From positions 928,001-992,000 of the forward strand of contig CAVTRN010000001.1 in the NCBI GenBank assembly GCA_963737155.1: a stretch of 64,000 nt of DNA, in the 5' to 3' direction. This document shows, piece after piece, positions 31,365-41,973 of this stretch. The notes beneath the pieces are model-generated. The model was not told where the DNA came from. It worked only from the letters and a program-made list of their open reading frames with translations, and ran no database searches. The translations under genes were made by a program, and so were the position numbers. Source of the stretch: Nitrospirota bacterium. GTDB lineage: Bacteria > Nitrospirota > UBA9217. The stretch's first letter is position 1; each line of letters opens with the position of its first letter.

Positions 31365-31793
31365 TTATTTGCAGTTGCCGATCCTTTTTCCGCTCATGTG
31401 ATAGACGATCTTAGATTTTTCACCCTTTTTATCGACTTTTTCCATCGTCATCATGCCGCTGAAGGATGTCTGTTTGTACTCCATTTCCCCGGAGACGATG
31501 CTGCTGTCTTTGCATTGCGTCGTCCAGGTAGTCTTGTTTCCCACCACCTTCACATCTTTATTTTCACAGTCGTCCTTTCGTTGCGAGGCGCTGGGGATTG
31601 TTTTTTGCGAATCTTTCAAATCTTCTTTAGTGTAGCAATGGGTGGTGACCATGGGCTGCATGGCAAAGGGCATATTTGCCATTTCCATCTTCATCGTGAT
31701 CTCCCAGTTGCCGTCCTGCATAGTGGCGGGAGCAGCAAAAAGAGGCGCTGCTGAAACCAGCAAAAGCGCGAAAAAAAGACTTATAATCTTCAT
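31365..31793 (-). CDS. DUF3617 family exported protein
   Basis: Signal peptide, GNWEIT, four spaced Cys, C-terminal GKRIGNCK. Confidence 0.82.
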   Translation of the reverse strand: MKIISLFFALLLVSAAPLFAAPATMQDGNWEITMKMEMANMPFAMQPMVTTHCYTKEDLKDSQKTIPSASQRKDDCENKDVKVVGNKTTWTTQCKDSSIVSGEMEYKQTSFSGMMTMEKVDKKGEKSKIVYHMSGKRIGNCK

Positions 31794-32004
31794 ACGTTGT
31801 TCCCCTTTCTTTTTTGAAGCAATGATAACGAAAGCCTATTCTCCTGTCAAGCTGTTTGCCGCAGGGTTGCGTATCAGACACACACCCGCATCCTGCAGTT
31901 CAGACAGGAACAGAAAACAAAAATATCCCCTCGCCCATAAATAATTCTGTTTATTTCATCTTAATTGCATGCCCGCGTCGGCTTGACGCCCACATCGGAG
32001 GCAC

Positions 32005-32033
32005 TTGACTCTCTTAAGTCAAAGAAGTACAAT
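32005..32033 (+). promoter_or_regulatory. Sigma70 promoter overlapped by the palindrome TTGACT-N6-AGTCAA
   Basis: TTGACT-N17-TACAAT; inverted repeat at 32005-32022. Confidence 0.6.
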
Positions 32034-32058
32034 CACCGGGCTTGGGGAGCAGGCAATT

Positions 32059-32847
32059 ATGAAACAGGAAGAACTCACGTCACTCAAAAACTGGTTTGCC
32101 AGCTATTGCGCCTCTTTCTCCACCTCTGTTCGGGAAGATCAGCGGAATATAAGGGTTAAAGAGCGCCACACGCTGGAGGTCTGTTCGAATGCCTTGCGGA
32201 TCGGACGCGCCTTGCAGTTGAATAGAGAGGACATGCTGCTCGCCGAGGCGATTGCGCTGCTTCACGACGTCGGCAGGTTCCCGCAATATCAGCGGTATAA
32301 GACCTTCGACGATGGCATATCGGTAAACCACGCAACCCTGGGAGCACAGGTGCTTCTCGAGAAGAACGTACTCAGGACATTGCCCAAAGATCAGCGCGAA
32401 CTTATTGTGCATGCCGTGACGCTGCATAATGTGTACTCCCTGCCGGGAAAACTTGATGATAGGACCATGATGTTCGTCAAACAGATCCGCGATGCGGACA
32501 AGCTCGATATCTGGCGCGTGTTTGTAGACTATTTCAATCAGGAGCCCGACGGCAGGGCAACTGCTGTCGGGCTTGGACTACCTGATATCCCAGACTACTC
32601 GCCTGGGATTCTTTCTTGTCTAACCAATGGTGAATTGGCCAACAAGCGGGACCTGCGGACTTTGAATGATCTCAAGATTCTCCAGTTGACGTGGCTATAT
32701 GATCTAAATTTTGAAGCTTCGCTCCGCATGGTGCTCAAACGGGGATATATCGATAAATTAGCTGTGGTGCTTCCCGACGTTCAGGAGATTAACGATGCAG
32801 TGAATTTTGTCCGGGCCTATGTGGACAGGAAGCTGGCGGGCGTCTGA
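32059..32847 (+). CDS. HD-domain phosphohydrolase
   Basis: KERHT, LLHDVGRF, NHA, LHN and RDADKLD motifs. Confidence 0.9.
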   Translation: MKQEELTSLKNWFASYCASFSTSVREDQRNIRVKERHTLEVCSNALRIGRALQLNREDMLLAEAIALLHDVGRFPQYQRYKTFDDGISVNHATLGAQVLLEKNVLRTLPKDQRELIVHAVTLHNVYSLPGKLDDRTMMFVKQIRDADKLDIWRVFVDYFNQEPDGRATAVGLGLPDIPDYSPGILSCLTNGELANKRDLRTLNDLKILQLTWLYDLNFEASLRMVLKRGYIDKLAVVLPDVQEINDAVNFVRAYVDRKLAGV

Positions 32848-33253
32848 TAGGCCTTTCTGCGCTGGAAAAGTCAAAATTAGTCTTTGCTTCGGGATGCTTA
32901 ATTTGGTAAGATGAGTTCAGTCGCCCTATGAGCAAGAATGGCATGCAACCTGTTTAAACCACGGTGTTTAAGGAGTTTTGGCGTGGTTTGATCAGGCAAC
33001 GCCGACGTCCTTTGCATCTTTTTGTTTTGCTCAAGGCGATTAAGTGTAGATAAGTCATTAAGTAGGCAACGCGATTTTTTTATAAGCCGTCTTTACTAGA
33101 AGTATAGCGACACAGCTTAATTTTTCAATGTTTATAAACATCGATCTTGCTTCGTTTCGCTCGAAATGATTGCATACATAAGTTATAGAACGTATCAATC
33201 CATAGTTCCGTACAAAGAGCCATATTCTTTTGGTTTGACATTGAGGGAGTTTA

Positions 33254-34558
33254 ATGCGAAATAACATTGTTTCACTCGGCGCCGATGAACTCAAGTACGA
33301 GATCCGGGAAATCGTCGCTGTAGCCAAGGAATTCGGCAAGCTGGGTCTCGAGATCAACTGGGAGAACATCGGTGATCCGGTGCAGAAAGGCGAGAAGCTT
33401 CCGGACTGGATCAAGGACCTAATCATCGGCACTATGAAAGATGATCTGACGTACGCATATTCGCCCACGAAGGGGCTTGATGCGACACGAGAGTATCTTG
33501 CCCAAAAGGCGAACAGGAACGGCGGCGTCAAGATCACGAAGGAAGATATCATTTTCTTCAATGGGTTGGGTGATGCCATCAGCAAGGTTTACGGACAGCT
33601 CCGGAAGGAATACCGAGTTGTCGGCCCGAGCCCGGCCTACAGCACCCATTCATCGGCGGAGGCATCGCACGCGGGTTCGGAGTATGTTTCCTACCGGCTC
33701 GACCCGAACAATCTCTGGTACCCTGATCTGAACGACCTCAGAATGAAGGTGAAGTACAACCCTTCCATCTCCGGCATTTTGGTCATCAATCCGGACAACC
33801 CAACGGGTGCAGTCTACCCGCGGGAGGTACTACTCGAGATCGTAGCCATCGCGAAGGAATTCGACCTGTTTGTCGTGTGCGATGAGATCTATATCAATCT
33901 GGCCTATAACGGTAAGAAGGCGGTGCCCCTTGCCGACGTGATAAATGGCGTGTGCGGAATCTCGATGAAGGGTATTTCCAAGGAACTCCCTTGGCCCGGC
34001 GCTCGGTGCGGATGGGTTGAGGTGTACAATGCAGATAAGGATCCTGTCTTCGCGAAATACATTAAGAGCATTGTAGACGACAAGATGCTTGAAGTCTGTT
34101 CCACCACACTGCCGCAGAAGGTGATCCCTGCAGTCATGAGCGATCCTCGGTACGAAAAACATATTGCGCACCGGAATGCCGTCTATGAACAGCGTTCACG
34201 CATCGCCTATGATCTTCTAAGGGATATCCCGGGCATCATAGTGAACCAGACAAACGGCGCTTTCTACATGACCGTCATGTTTCGTGATAATGTCCTGAAG
34301 CCGAATCAGAAACTGGCTGTTGCAAACTCCGCAGCCAAGGAAAGGGTAGAGCAACTTGTGAAAGATGTTGTTGCGCTCGACAAGCGGTTCGTCTATTACT
34401 TGCTGGCTTCCACAGGCATCTGCGTTGTGCCACTCACGGGATTCAACTGCGACCTCCAGGGGTTTCGCGTTACGTTCCTCGAATCGGATGACGCGAAGTT
34501 CAGATGGATCTTCAGTGTCCTACGGGACAAGATCTCGGAATATCTGCAGAGCGCCTGA
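33254..34558 (+). CDS. Class I/II PLP-dependent aminotransferase (AlaA-like)
   Basis: NIGDP, NPDNPTG, DEIY and SKELPWPGARCGW motifs. Confidence 0.92.
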   Translation: MRNNIVSLGADELKYEIREIVAVAKEFGKLGLEINWENIGDPVQKGEKLPDWIKDLIIGTMKDDLTYAYSPTKGLDATREYLAQKANRNGGVKITKEDIIFFNGLGDAISKVYGQLRKEYRVVGPSPAYSTHSSAEASHAGSEYVSYRLDPNNLWYPDLNDLRMKVKYNPSISGILVINPDNPTGAVYPREVLLEIVAIAKEFDLFVVCDEIYINLAYNGKKAVPLADVINGVCGISMKGISKELPWPGARCGWVEVYNADKDPVFAKYIKSIVDDKMLEVCSTTLPQKVIPAVMSDPRYEKHIAHRNAVYEQRSRIAYDLLRDIPGIIVNQTNGAFYMTVMFRDNVLKPNQKLAVANSAAKERVEQLVKDVVALDKRFVYYLLASTGICVVPLTGFNCDLQGFRVTFLESDDAKFRWIFSVLRDKISEYLQSA

Positions 34559-34869
34559 GTATTGCCGGGCATCAGGATGAATGCGCCACACGATAGATTC
34601 CGGTATCGGGACATATGTTCACCACTACGTGCCCGCCAAATGCTTCCAGTGGCAATCCCTTTATCGATACGGACTTGCTCACAACGCCACAGTGCGTTTA
34701 GCTGGAAGAGCCCCTTTTGGTTGTTATCGCTTCCCACTTCAGTTCCATCCATTCGCCAGTCGAGGTTACAAAGTCCTATCTAAAGACCATCAATATTGAA
34801 TGTCTCTATGTTTGAAGGATCTGTATTTTTGATATTTGCCATACAAAAGCGCATGGAAGGTGGGAGCTT

Positions 34870-35985
34870 TTGAAAGTGAAAAAACGCGAGTCGGTCTTCG
34901 CGTTGGGTGGTATCGCCCATGATTTTAATAAGCTGCTCGTCGGGATACTCAGCAACATCGAGCTGGTCAATATGCAAGTCGTTTTTCATGGATGGACTTA
35001 TTATATGCTGACCGAGGCGGAGAAAGCCACATACAGGGTGAAAGACCTGACGTCCCAATTCCTGATGTTTGGAAAGGGGGAGCGTCGGCCAGAACGATGA
35101 TCGTCGCTGCGAACACCATACGGGATGCAGCCCGTTTGGCCCTCAGGGGCGCAATTCGAAGCCCATTGTTCCCATTCCTGAAGACTCTTGGCTTGTCGAA
35201 GCGGATGAAGGCCAGCTGAACCAAGTCATCAGCGATCTGGTCATTAATGCGGACCAAGCCATGCCCGGAGGAAAGCGATCATCATTGGCTGCAGGTATGT
35301 CACACTTGGGCCTAACGAGGTGCCCGCGCTCGTGGAAGAAACCTATGTAAAAGTATCTATCGGAGACCAAGGGTTGGGAATATCCGGAGAGCACCTCTCG
35401 CGGATTTTCGATTCCAATTTTAATACAAAGCAGAAGGGGTGCGGTCTTGGACTTGTAATGTCGTGTGCCATCATTAAAAAACATCTCGGAACCATTACAG
35501 TCGAGACCGAGGAGGGGAAGGGCAGCTTGTTCCATGTTTATCTCCCCGCTAAAGTAGATGCAGTTCCGAAGAATGCGGTCAGGAATGGGGATCTTCCCCC
35601 GGGAAAGCGGAGGATTCTCGTAATGGATGATGATGAATTCATCCGAGATGTCTGCGGTCATATTCTGCAGGCTCTCGGCTATGATGTTTTTTCCGCGATC
35701 GATGGAGCGGAGGCGCTTTACCTTTACTGGATTTCGAGAGAATCAGGAACTCCCTGTGACGCAGTCATCATGGACCCGACTATTGTAGGGGTCATGGAAG
35801 GAAGAGAGGCTATACAGAAACAGCTTGAGTTCGATCCCGATGCTAAAGCAATCGTGTCGAGTGGTTATCCGAACGATCCCGTGATTGCACATTATGAACA
35901 ATGCGGTTTTAAAGGAGCTGTCGCGAAACCCTATCGAATGAAAGATCTGGGTGAGGTATTGCAAAAAGTACTTTGTTCCCAGTAG
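34870..35985 (+). pseudogene. Hybrid sensor histidine kinase (HisKA-HATPase-REC) remnant
   Basis: GGIAHDFN, QLNQVISDLVINADQAM, DQGLGI/GCGLGL and a REC domain, spread over frames with stops; no sensor region. Confidence 0.85.
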
Positions 35986-36107
35986 TTGCCCACGGAATCT
36001 AATGGGGGCATGTGAACGACATTTTTCTTGATTTTTTGGGCAGTTCGTACGATAATGGCCGACTTACAGCACTTATTTCACTTTCCAGTCTGAGGAGGAT
36101 CGTAACA

Positions 36108-36761
36108 ATGAGAATCATTCTGTTGGGCGCACCGGGCGCGGGCAAAGGCACGGTTGCGAAACTTTTAACGGCTCTGGACGGTTCAGTCCAGATTTCCACC
36201 GGCGATATTTTGCGCGGCGCGGTGAAGGCCGGAACACCGCTCGGCAAAGAAGCGCAGGGTTTTATGGACCGGGGCGACCTGGTTCCCGATTCTCTTATCA
36301 TGGGCATCATGGGTCAGCGGCTGCAAGAGAAGGATTGCCAGAAGGGGTTCCTGCTCGACGGGTTCCCGCGAACAATACCCCAGGCCGATGCGCTCGGCGA
36401 GCTTCTTCAGAAGCACAACATCAAGCTCGATCTGGTGGCGAACATTGAGGTTCCGCGTGATGTGATCCTCGACCGTCTAACGACGCGCCGGACCTGTTCC
36501 AACTCCTCTTGCCAGGAGATCTACAACGTAAAGAGCAATCCACCGGCGCCTGGGGACAAGTGCAAGAAATGCGGCAGCCCGACTATTCAACGCGCCGACG
36601 AGACTGTGGAAGCCATTAGCAAGCGTCTTGATGTCTACAACGAAAAGACCGCTCCGCTCATCGGCTATTACGAAAAGAAGGGCATGCTTCTCACTATTAA
36701 AGAGGCCAGCAGCGACGGGGTGGTGAATGCCATCAAGAAGGGGATTGCTGCGAAGAAGTAA
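36108..36761 (+). CDS. adk: Adenylate kinase with Zn-binding lid
   Basis: GAPGAGKGT, STGDILR and LDGFPR motifs, four lid Cys; SD GAGGAGG. Confidence 0.96.
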   Translation: MRIILLGAPGAGKGTVAKLLTALDGSVQISTGDILRGAVKAGTPLGKEAQGFMDRGDLVPDSLIMGIMGQRLQEKDCQKGFLLDGFPRTIPQADALGELLQKHNIKLDLVANIEVPRDVILDRLTTRRTCSNSSCQEIYNVKSNPPAPGDKCKKCGSPTIQRADETVEAISKRLDVYNEKTAPLIGYYEKKGMLLTIKEASSDGVVNAIKKGIAAKK

Positions 36762-36782
36762 TTCCTGTTGTTGTCGAATAAG

Positions 36783-36813
36783 AAAAGGCGGGATGCAGGT
36801 CATCCCGCCTTTT
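36783..36813. terminator. Bidirectional intrinsic terminator after adk
   Basis: AAAAGGCGGGATG-CAGGT-CATCCCGCCTTTT. Confidence 0.85.
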
Positions 36814-37140
36814 ATAGTCAGCTCCTTGTATTAGGATTGATTAATCCGGGGTCGGCAATGATCACGATATTGTGGATAATATAACCCATTTTAAATTGCC
36901 ATCATAAATATCTATGAGTAAATTGTAGCGATTCAGGTGGTGTTAAATACTAATTATAGTGCCATCAGTTTTAAGACGGTAGGTAAATTGAAGAAGCACT
37001 TTGATAATTTTCTAAACAGTCTCAACCCACCAAGCTGAATCACACATTTATTTACACGAACAAAACACCATTTCTTGCCAGAGAGCAAAGACAAGAGCAG
37101 TTCTTAGCTAATTCATAGCCATTGTGAATATATTCAAAAT

Positions 37141-38515
37141 CATTGCTGTCCAAGATAATCTAATTTCTGAGACTGACCCTAGCTAATCAATGCTTTTAGA
37201 CAGGTAAATCCATTTTCTCCGATCCAGGTTCTCCATCCTGCTGTCCAATTACCAGTACCTCAACACGAGTTGTTCCACAGACGGTACTATCGGCGGTGTT
37301 TCAAACGGATTATCCAACCATGTCCATAAATCTCGATACGTAAAGAGATTATAACGGAGCATAGCAACCAGATTCGACAGTGACCAGCCAAGCGTGGATC
37401 GGAACTTTAGGTACTTCAACACCAGGATGGCGATTAATGCTGTCCAAATTTGGGTCAACAGAGCATTTCGGCTTGTTCCCACAAACGTCTTGATCTTCAG
37501 ATTCTGCTTGATCGTCTTGAAAAATACCTCGATCTGCCAACGGTCCTTGTAAATGCTCGCGATGGTCGTCGCACCAAAGGTGAGGTGATTTGTCTACAGA
37601 ACGATGATCCGTTCATTTTCCTCGTCCCAAACCTCTACTCGTCGCAACGTATGTGGGCACTTCTTAATTGATTCGTAGGCCGTCAGTTCAATAAGTTCGT
37701 CTTTGATAATATTCCGGTTGCTGGGAACCTCCCATTTTTCGACAACCCGATAGGCTGCATTGTCCTTCTCTCTCGTTACAAAGAAAATCCCGGCCTGTGT
37801 CCATCGTGCAAACTGTTCATAGTCTACATATCCGCGGTCGATTGCCAAAATAGAACCCTTGGGAAACGTGAGCGTATGAGCGATGTTCACTTCATGCACA
37901 TTCCCTTCGGTTATACTGGCGAAGACCGGAAGGTATCCCTCATGATCCTACAACATGTGAAGTTTGACCGCACCTTTCGTCTGCCGAAACTTTGCCCAGT
38001 CAAATAATGTCACACAAAGCTCAATGGTCGTGGCATCGAGGCGGAACAGTTTGTTCTTAAACCGAAAAGGTTTCTTCCCGTGTGCCAGTACCCGGCATTT
38101 GGCCAAGAGCTGATAAAACACCTTCTGGTACAATTGCCACGGCCGATGCTCGTTGGCATAGGCCAGAGTGGAGCGTTTGGGCGCCACATCGATACCGAGG
38201 TGCTTAAGTTTTCCCAGGCATGTTGCCAGTCCTCTGCATATCTCACGCAGAGAATGCGCTTGACCCAACTGACAGAACAACATTGCGACAAACTGGCCCC
38301 AGCAACTGAATCCTTTTACACCCTTCTCGGCTCTCGTTTCCCGTACGGCCCTGACAAAATCCTGATGAGGAAAAATCTGTAGAATCTGTCCGAAGATACT
38401 GTTAAACTTGTTCATGGGGATGTCCTCCTCCAGCAAATAATGGTCTTCGACAAACCAAATTTACCTTAAAGAGGTTTCCCCTGCAATTACTCAATTATTA
38501 TCTTGGACGGGTGTG
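37141..38515 (-). mobile_element. IS4-family insertion sequence with inactivated transposase
   Basis: Imperfect TIRs CATTGCTGTCCAAGATAAT / ATTATCTTGGACGGGTGTG; 9-bp direct repeat ATTCAAAAT at 37132-37140 and 38516-38524. Confidence 0.92.
37249..38415 (-). pseudogene. IS4 transposase (DUF4372 plus DDE) with two in-frame TAG codons
   Basis: LDATTI, DRGY and YKDRWQIEVFFK motifs in one frame; TAG at 37948-37950 and 37594-37596. Confidence 0.9.
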
Positions 38516-38660
38516 ATTCAAAATATATAAATAAAAGCATAAGGGTAGATATTCCCGCCATTTGTTTGTGCCATTATCACCGGCGATATCTAGTAGCGAA
38601 CGGGGCTACTCTTTATTCGAATTTTTTTTGTGTAAATATCCGCGGATTTACGTTCGAAGG

Positions 38661-38963
38661 TTATGTTGGTTCTATTAAATTATTATACTTTATTACCCTG
38701 TTCTTCCCTTTAGCTTTTGCCGTATACATTGCTATATCAGCTTGCTTTAATAGTTCTTGTACGGTTGCTCCCTCTTTATAAAACGTTGCACCGATGCTTA
38801 GTGTCCGTGACCTGTTCTTTGCATCAAGATTTTCTAGGGCTGAAGACAATTCATTTTTCAATTGTTGAATTTTTTCCATTGGTTTTGTGTTATGTTGATT
38901 ATCCTTGCGTATTAAAAACAATAAATTGTTAAGACCTTCTCCTAATCGACGATTGTAGGACAA
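38661..38963 (-). pseudogene. C-terminal GGDEF domain fragment
   Basis: TLSIGA...LLKQADIAMYTAKAKGKNR; the active-site motif is degenerate and the N-terminus is missing. Confidence 0.75.
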
Positions 38964-38970
38964 GCTGTTT

Positions 38971-39092
38971 TACACTGTAGCTTGCTACAGAGGATTGCAT
39001 ATAGGGAAGTATTTGAGAAATCGCAGGGTTCTCGTAAGATAATCGTCTTCCTTCTTATTGATACCCCACAGCTTGCTGTGGGGGAGGTTCAT
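38971..39092. repeat. Short element bounded by two AGCTTGCT-core hairpins
   Basis: CTGTAGCTTGCTACAG (38975-38990) and CCCCACAGCTTGCTGTGGGG (39064-39083). Confidence 0.6.
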
Positions 39093-39684
39093 TAAGAGTT
39101 GTTGATACATTCCCGAAAGCCTTTGCACGAGCAGAGAAATCAATAAACCACCCTGTCGTAGAGTACTTGATGCTGCTCTTATTCCAGTTCATATCATAGT
39201 CAAGCTGAGAAGAGGCAAGATCTTAATGCGAGGCTAGTCATTAATTACGATTACAATTCTTATAAACATAAGCCGACTACTGCAACTTAATTCGAGTCCA
39301 GTACGGTAGCCAATAATAATCACGATGCAAATTAGTCTTCTTTTGCTATTTTATTGGTTCAAGTCCTAAGTTAGTAGGCAACTTTACGCCCTTTTTGATC
39401 ATGTGTCGGAAGCATTCAAGAGAGTGCGACCGCGCGCATGGGAATCGCCTAAGATGCCATGAATCGCTCTCTTTAGCAAGCAGCCGGTAAAGCGATACAA
39501 ATCGGAGAGAGGTCGTCTTGTACGTAAAATTTGTATCTTTTTTTCGATTTATTAAAAAAAGCTTCTAGAGCGGGGTTTATGACCGAATCGCCATAATTTC
39601 ACACACTCGATAGGAACTTGATCCAAAATAACAAAGAGGTTTATCATAAGTTCCGGAATAAAGTTCAAGAATACCATGCCTGTC

Positions 39685-39726
39685 ATGATATAAATCATAT
39701 GAACTTATTATGAAGAATTATATTAT
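39685..39726 (+). promoter_or_regulatory. Class II CRP/FNR-family activator site plus -10 box
   Basis: ATGAT-ATAA-ATCAT (39685-39698); TATTAT at 39721-39726; same spacing as the site at 19419. Confidence 0.7.
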
Positions 39727-39749
39727 GCAATCGTAAAAGGAGGATGCCT

Positions 39750-41171
39750 ATGGACCTGTCAGCTAAAACCAGAGTCAATGATCTTTTAATACGTTACCCC
39801 TTTTTAAAAGACTTTCTCATCAGTCTTAATCCCGAATTCAAAATGCTCGATAATCCCTTCATGCGCAAGACCGTGGGCCGGATTGCATCCGTGGGAAAAG
39901 TAGCCATGATCGGCGGGATGGATGCGAAAAAACTTCTCGACGACATAGCCGCGGAGATCAAGAAGGAAACCAGCGAGGAGGTCAGTGTTTCGTACGGTGA
40001 AGGCGGCCCTGATGAACAGGAGCTTAAGATTGACAAAATGAAGGAAATCATCAAGGAACTTCATGCTGGAAAAGATGCCGAGTCGCAGAAGAAAAAGTTT
40101 GAAGAACTGATTAAGGATGTGGCACCCTGGGAAATAGCGCAGATGGAGCAGAAGCTTATTGCCGAAGGCATGCCTGAGACTGAGATAAAAAGTCTCTGCG
40201 AGGTACATGTGCAGGTATTCAAAGAAGCGCTGGAGCATAAGACGGTGCCCGGCCTTCCTGCCGGACACCCGGTGCATACGCTGATGCTAGAGAACCGAGT
40301 TGCGGAGGATATCCTGAAAGAGCTGGAAGCGATTGCCGATTTTGTCGCGGAAAAAGAAAAGCTCCTTGGCATTCTCGGCCGCCTCGCCCAAATCGACAAG
40401 CACTTCCTCCGCAAGGAGAACCAACTTTTCCCGATTATTGAAACGAAGGGCATCACCGGACCCTCGAAAGTCATGTGGGCGCTTCATGACGACATCCGCG
40501 CGTTTATCAAGGACGTGCGGAAGCGTATTGTTGATGGGAAGATGGAGAAGGTGGCCTCCGAATCGCTGGTGAAAATGGTTAATGACATGATCTACAAGGA
40601 AGAGCACATCCTCTTTCCTATGGCGCTTGAAACGCTTTCCGAAGATGAATGGGCCAAAGTACGAAAAGGAGAAGAGGAGATCGGATTTGCATGGGTTAAG
40701 CCCGAAACGGAATGGAAACCTGCGGTGGAATCGTTCCAGCAAGAGCTTCTGGCCGAGAAAGTCGGCAGCCTGAATCTCGATACAGGCCAGCTCACAGCAG
40801 AGCAGGTCAACCTGATCCTGGTCCATCTTCCCGTTGATCTTTCTTTCGTGAACGAGAACGATGAGGTTGTTTATTATTCAGCCACGCCTGAGCGTATTTT
40901 CCCGCGCAGTCCGGGTGTGATCGGGCGAAAAGTACAGAATTGCCACCCGCACAAGAGCGTGGACATGGTGGAGAAGATTCTTGCATCGTTTAAGGCAGGA
41001 ACAAAGGATGTAGCGGAATTTTGGATCCAGATGCGCGACAGAGTGATTCTCATTCGGTACTTTGCCGTCCGCGATTCAGCAGGAAAGTACCGTGGTTGTC
41101 TCGAAGTTTCCCAGGACATTACAGAGATACAGAAGCTCACAGGACAGAAGAGGCTGCTAGATTGGGAGTAA
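39750..41171 (+). CDS. DUF1858-DUF438-hemerythrin-PAS_10 protein
   Basis: SLCEVH, GHPVHT, KHFLRKENQLFP, VMWALHD, YKEEHILFP and VQNCHP motifs; SD AGGAGG. Confidence 0.9.
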   Translation: MDLSAKTRVNDLLIRYPFLKDFLISLNPEFKMLDNPFMRKTVGRIASVGKVAMIGGMDAKKLLDDIAAEIKKETSEEVSVSYGEGGPDEQELKIDKMKEIIKELHAGKDAESQKKKFEELIKDVAPWEIAQMEQKLIAEGMPETEIKSLCEVHVQVFKEALEHKTVPGLPAGHPVHTLMLENRVAEDILKELEAIADFVAEKEKLLGILGRLAQIDKHFLRKENQLFPIIETKGITGPSKVMWALHDDIRAFIKDVRKRIVDGKMEKVASESLVKMVNDMIYKEEHILFPMALETLSEDEWAKVRKGEEEIGFAWVKPETEWKPAVESFQQELLAEKVGSLNLDTGQLTAEQVNLILVHLPVDLSFVNENDEVVYYSATPERIFPRSPGVIGRKVQNCHPHKSVDMVEKILASFKAGTKDVAEFWIQMRDRVILIRYFAVRDSAGKYRGCLEVSQDITEIQKLTGQKRLLDWE

Positions 41172-41717
41172 AACCGATTCTATCCATACATGGGGCGGGA
41201 TTCTAAACCTGTCTTTTTTCCCAACTCAACATGGTAACTTTTAAAGTGTAGTTAAGCAGAGACTAGCACGGATGACTACAGAAACATCATGGGCTAAAAC
41301 ATATTTCAAATCGCCTAAAAGGAGATATTCAAGACTCTAAACTGTCATGCTGTCCATGTCTATCTGTATATCCGCATATCAAACCTGCGGTTTCCTTGTC
41401 ATTATTAGGATTCATCGCTTGACTTCAAAAATAATAGTGTGTAATAATTTTCTCACCTATCCGGACTCAGAGCAAATTCTCCGGATGTACTCAATCATAA
41501 CCTGGTACATCACAAGTGTCTTTAGTGCCATGGTGAAAAGCTCGTCTCATGACATCGAGAGCTAGATGCGATGCCCGGCGCGCTTGACTAGATCCTGGGC
41601 AGCAGAATGAGAGAGCAATGTGTTCGGAAGCCACCTGAGCGCGAACAGCTGCTTGAAAGAACGATGGAGATTCGCTATGGGTTCATCCATCTCATCTTAT
41701 TTTGAAGGAGAATTCGC

Positions 41718-41973
41718 GTGAAGCGTGTTCTAATTCTAGCAGTTGTGGCAGTGATAGTTATGGCAACAATGGCATTTGCCCGGGAAAACCTATCAGTTTA
41801 CCTGCAGGTTTTTGGAGGTCATGGACAATGTTACTGTTGTCGACAAGAACAGCGATAAATTCGAGATGAACAAAGATGCTAACACTGAGGTGAAAGGCGA
41901 CCTCAAGGTCGGAACAAAGGTGACTGTGAAGTACGAGTCCCACGCAGCAAAGATCGAATTAAAAAGAAAGTAA
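41718..41973 (+). pseudogene. Small exported OB-fold-like protein with one frameshift after the signal peptide
   Basis: SD AAGGAG and GTG 41718 give MKRVLILAVVAVIVMATMAFA; a frameshift then leads to KTYQFT...VKGDLKVGTKVTVKY. Confidence 0.65.

Noticed and set aside
37594-37950. Genome-wide TAG reassignment
   Set aside because: Intact genes such as acsV, hisF and hisH end in TAG at expected positions, and prfA is present.
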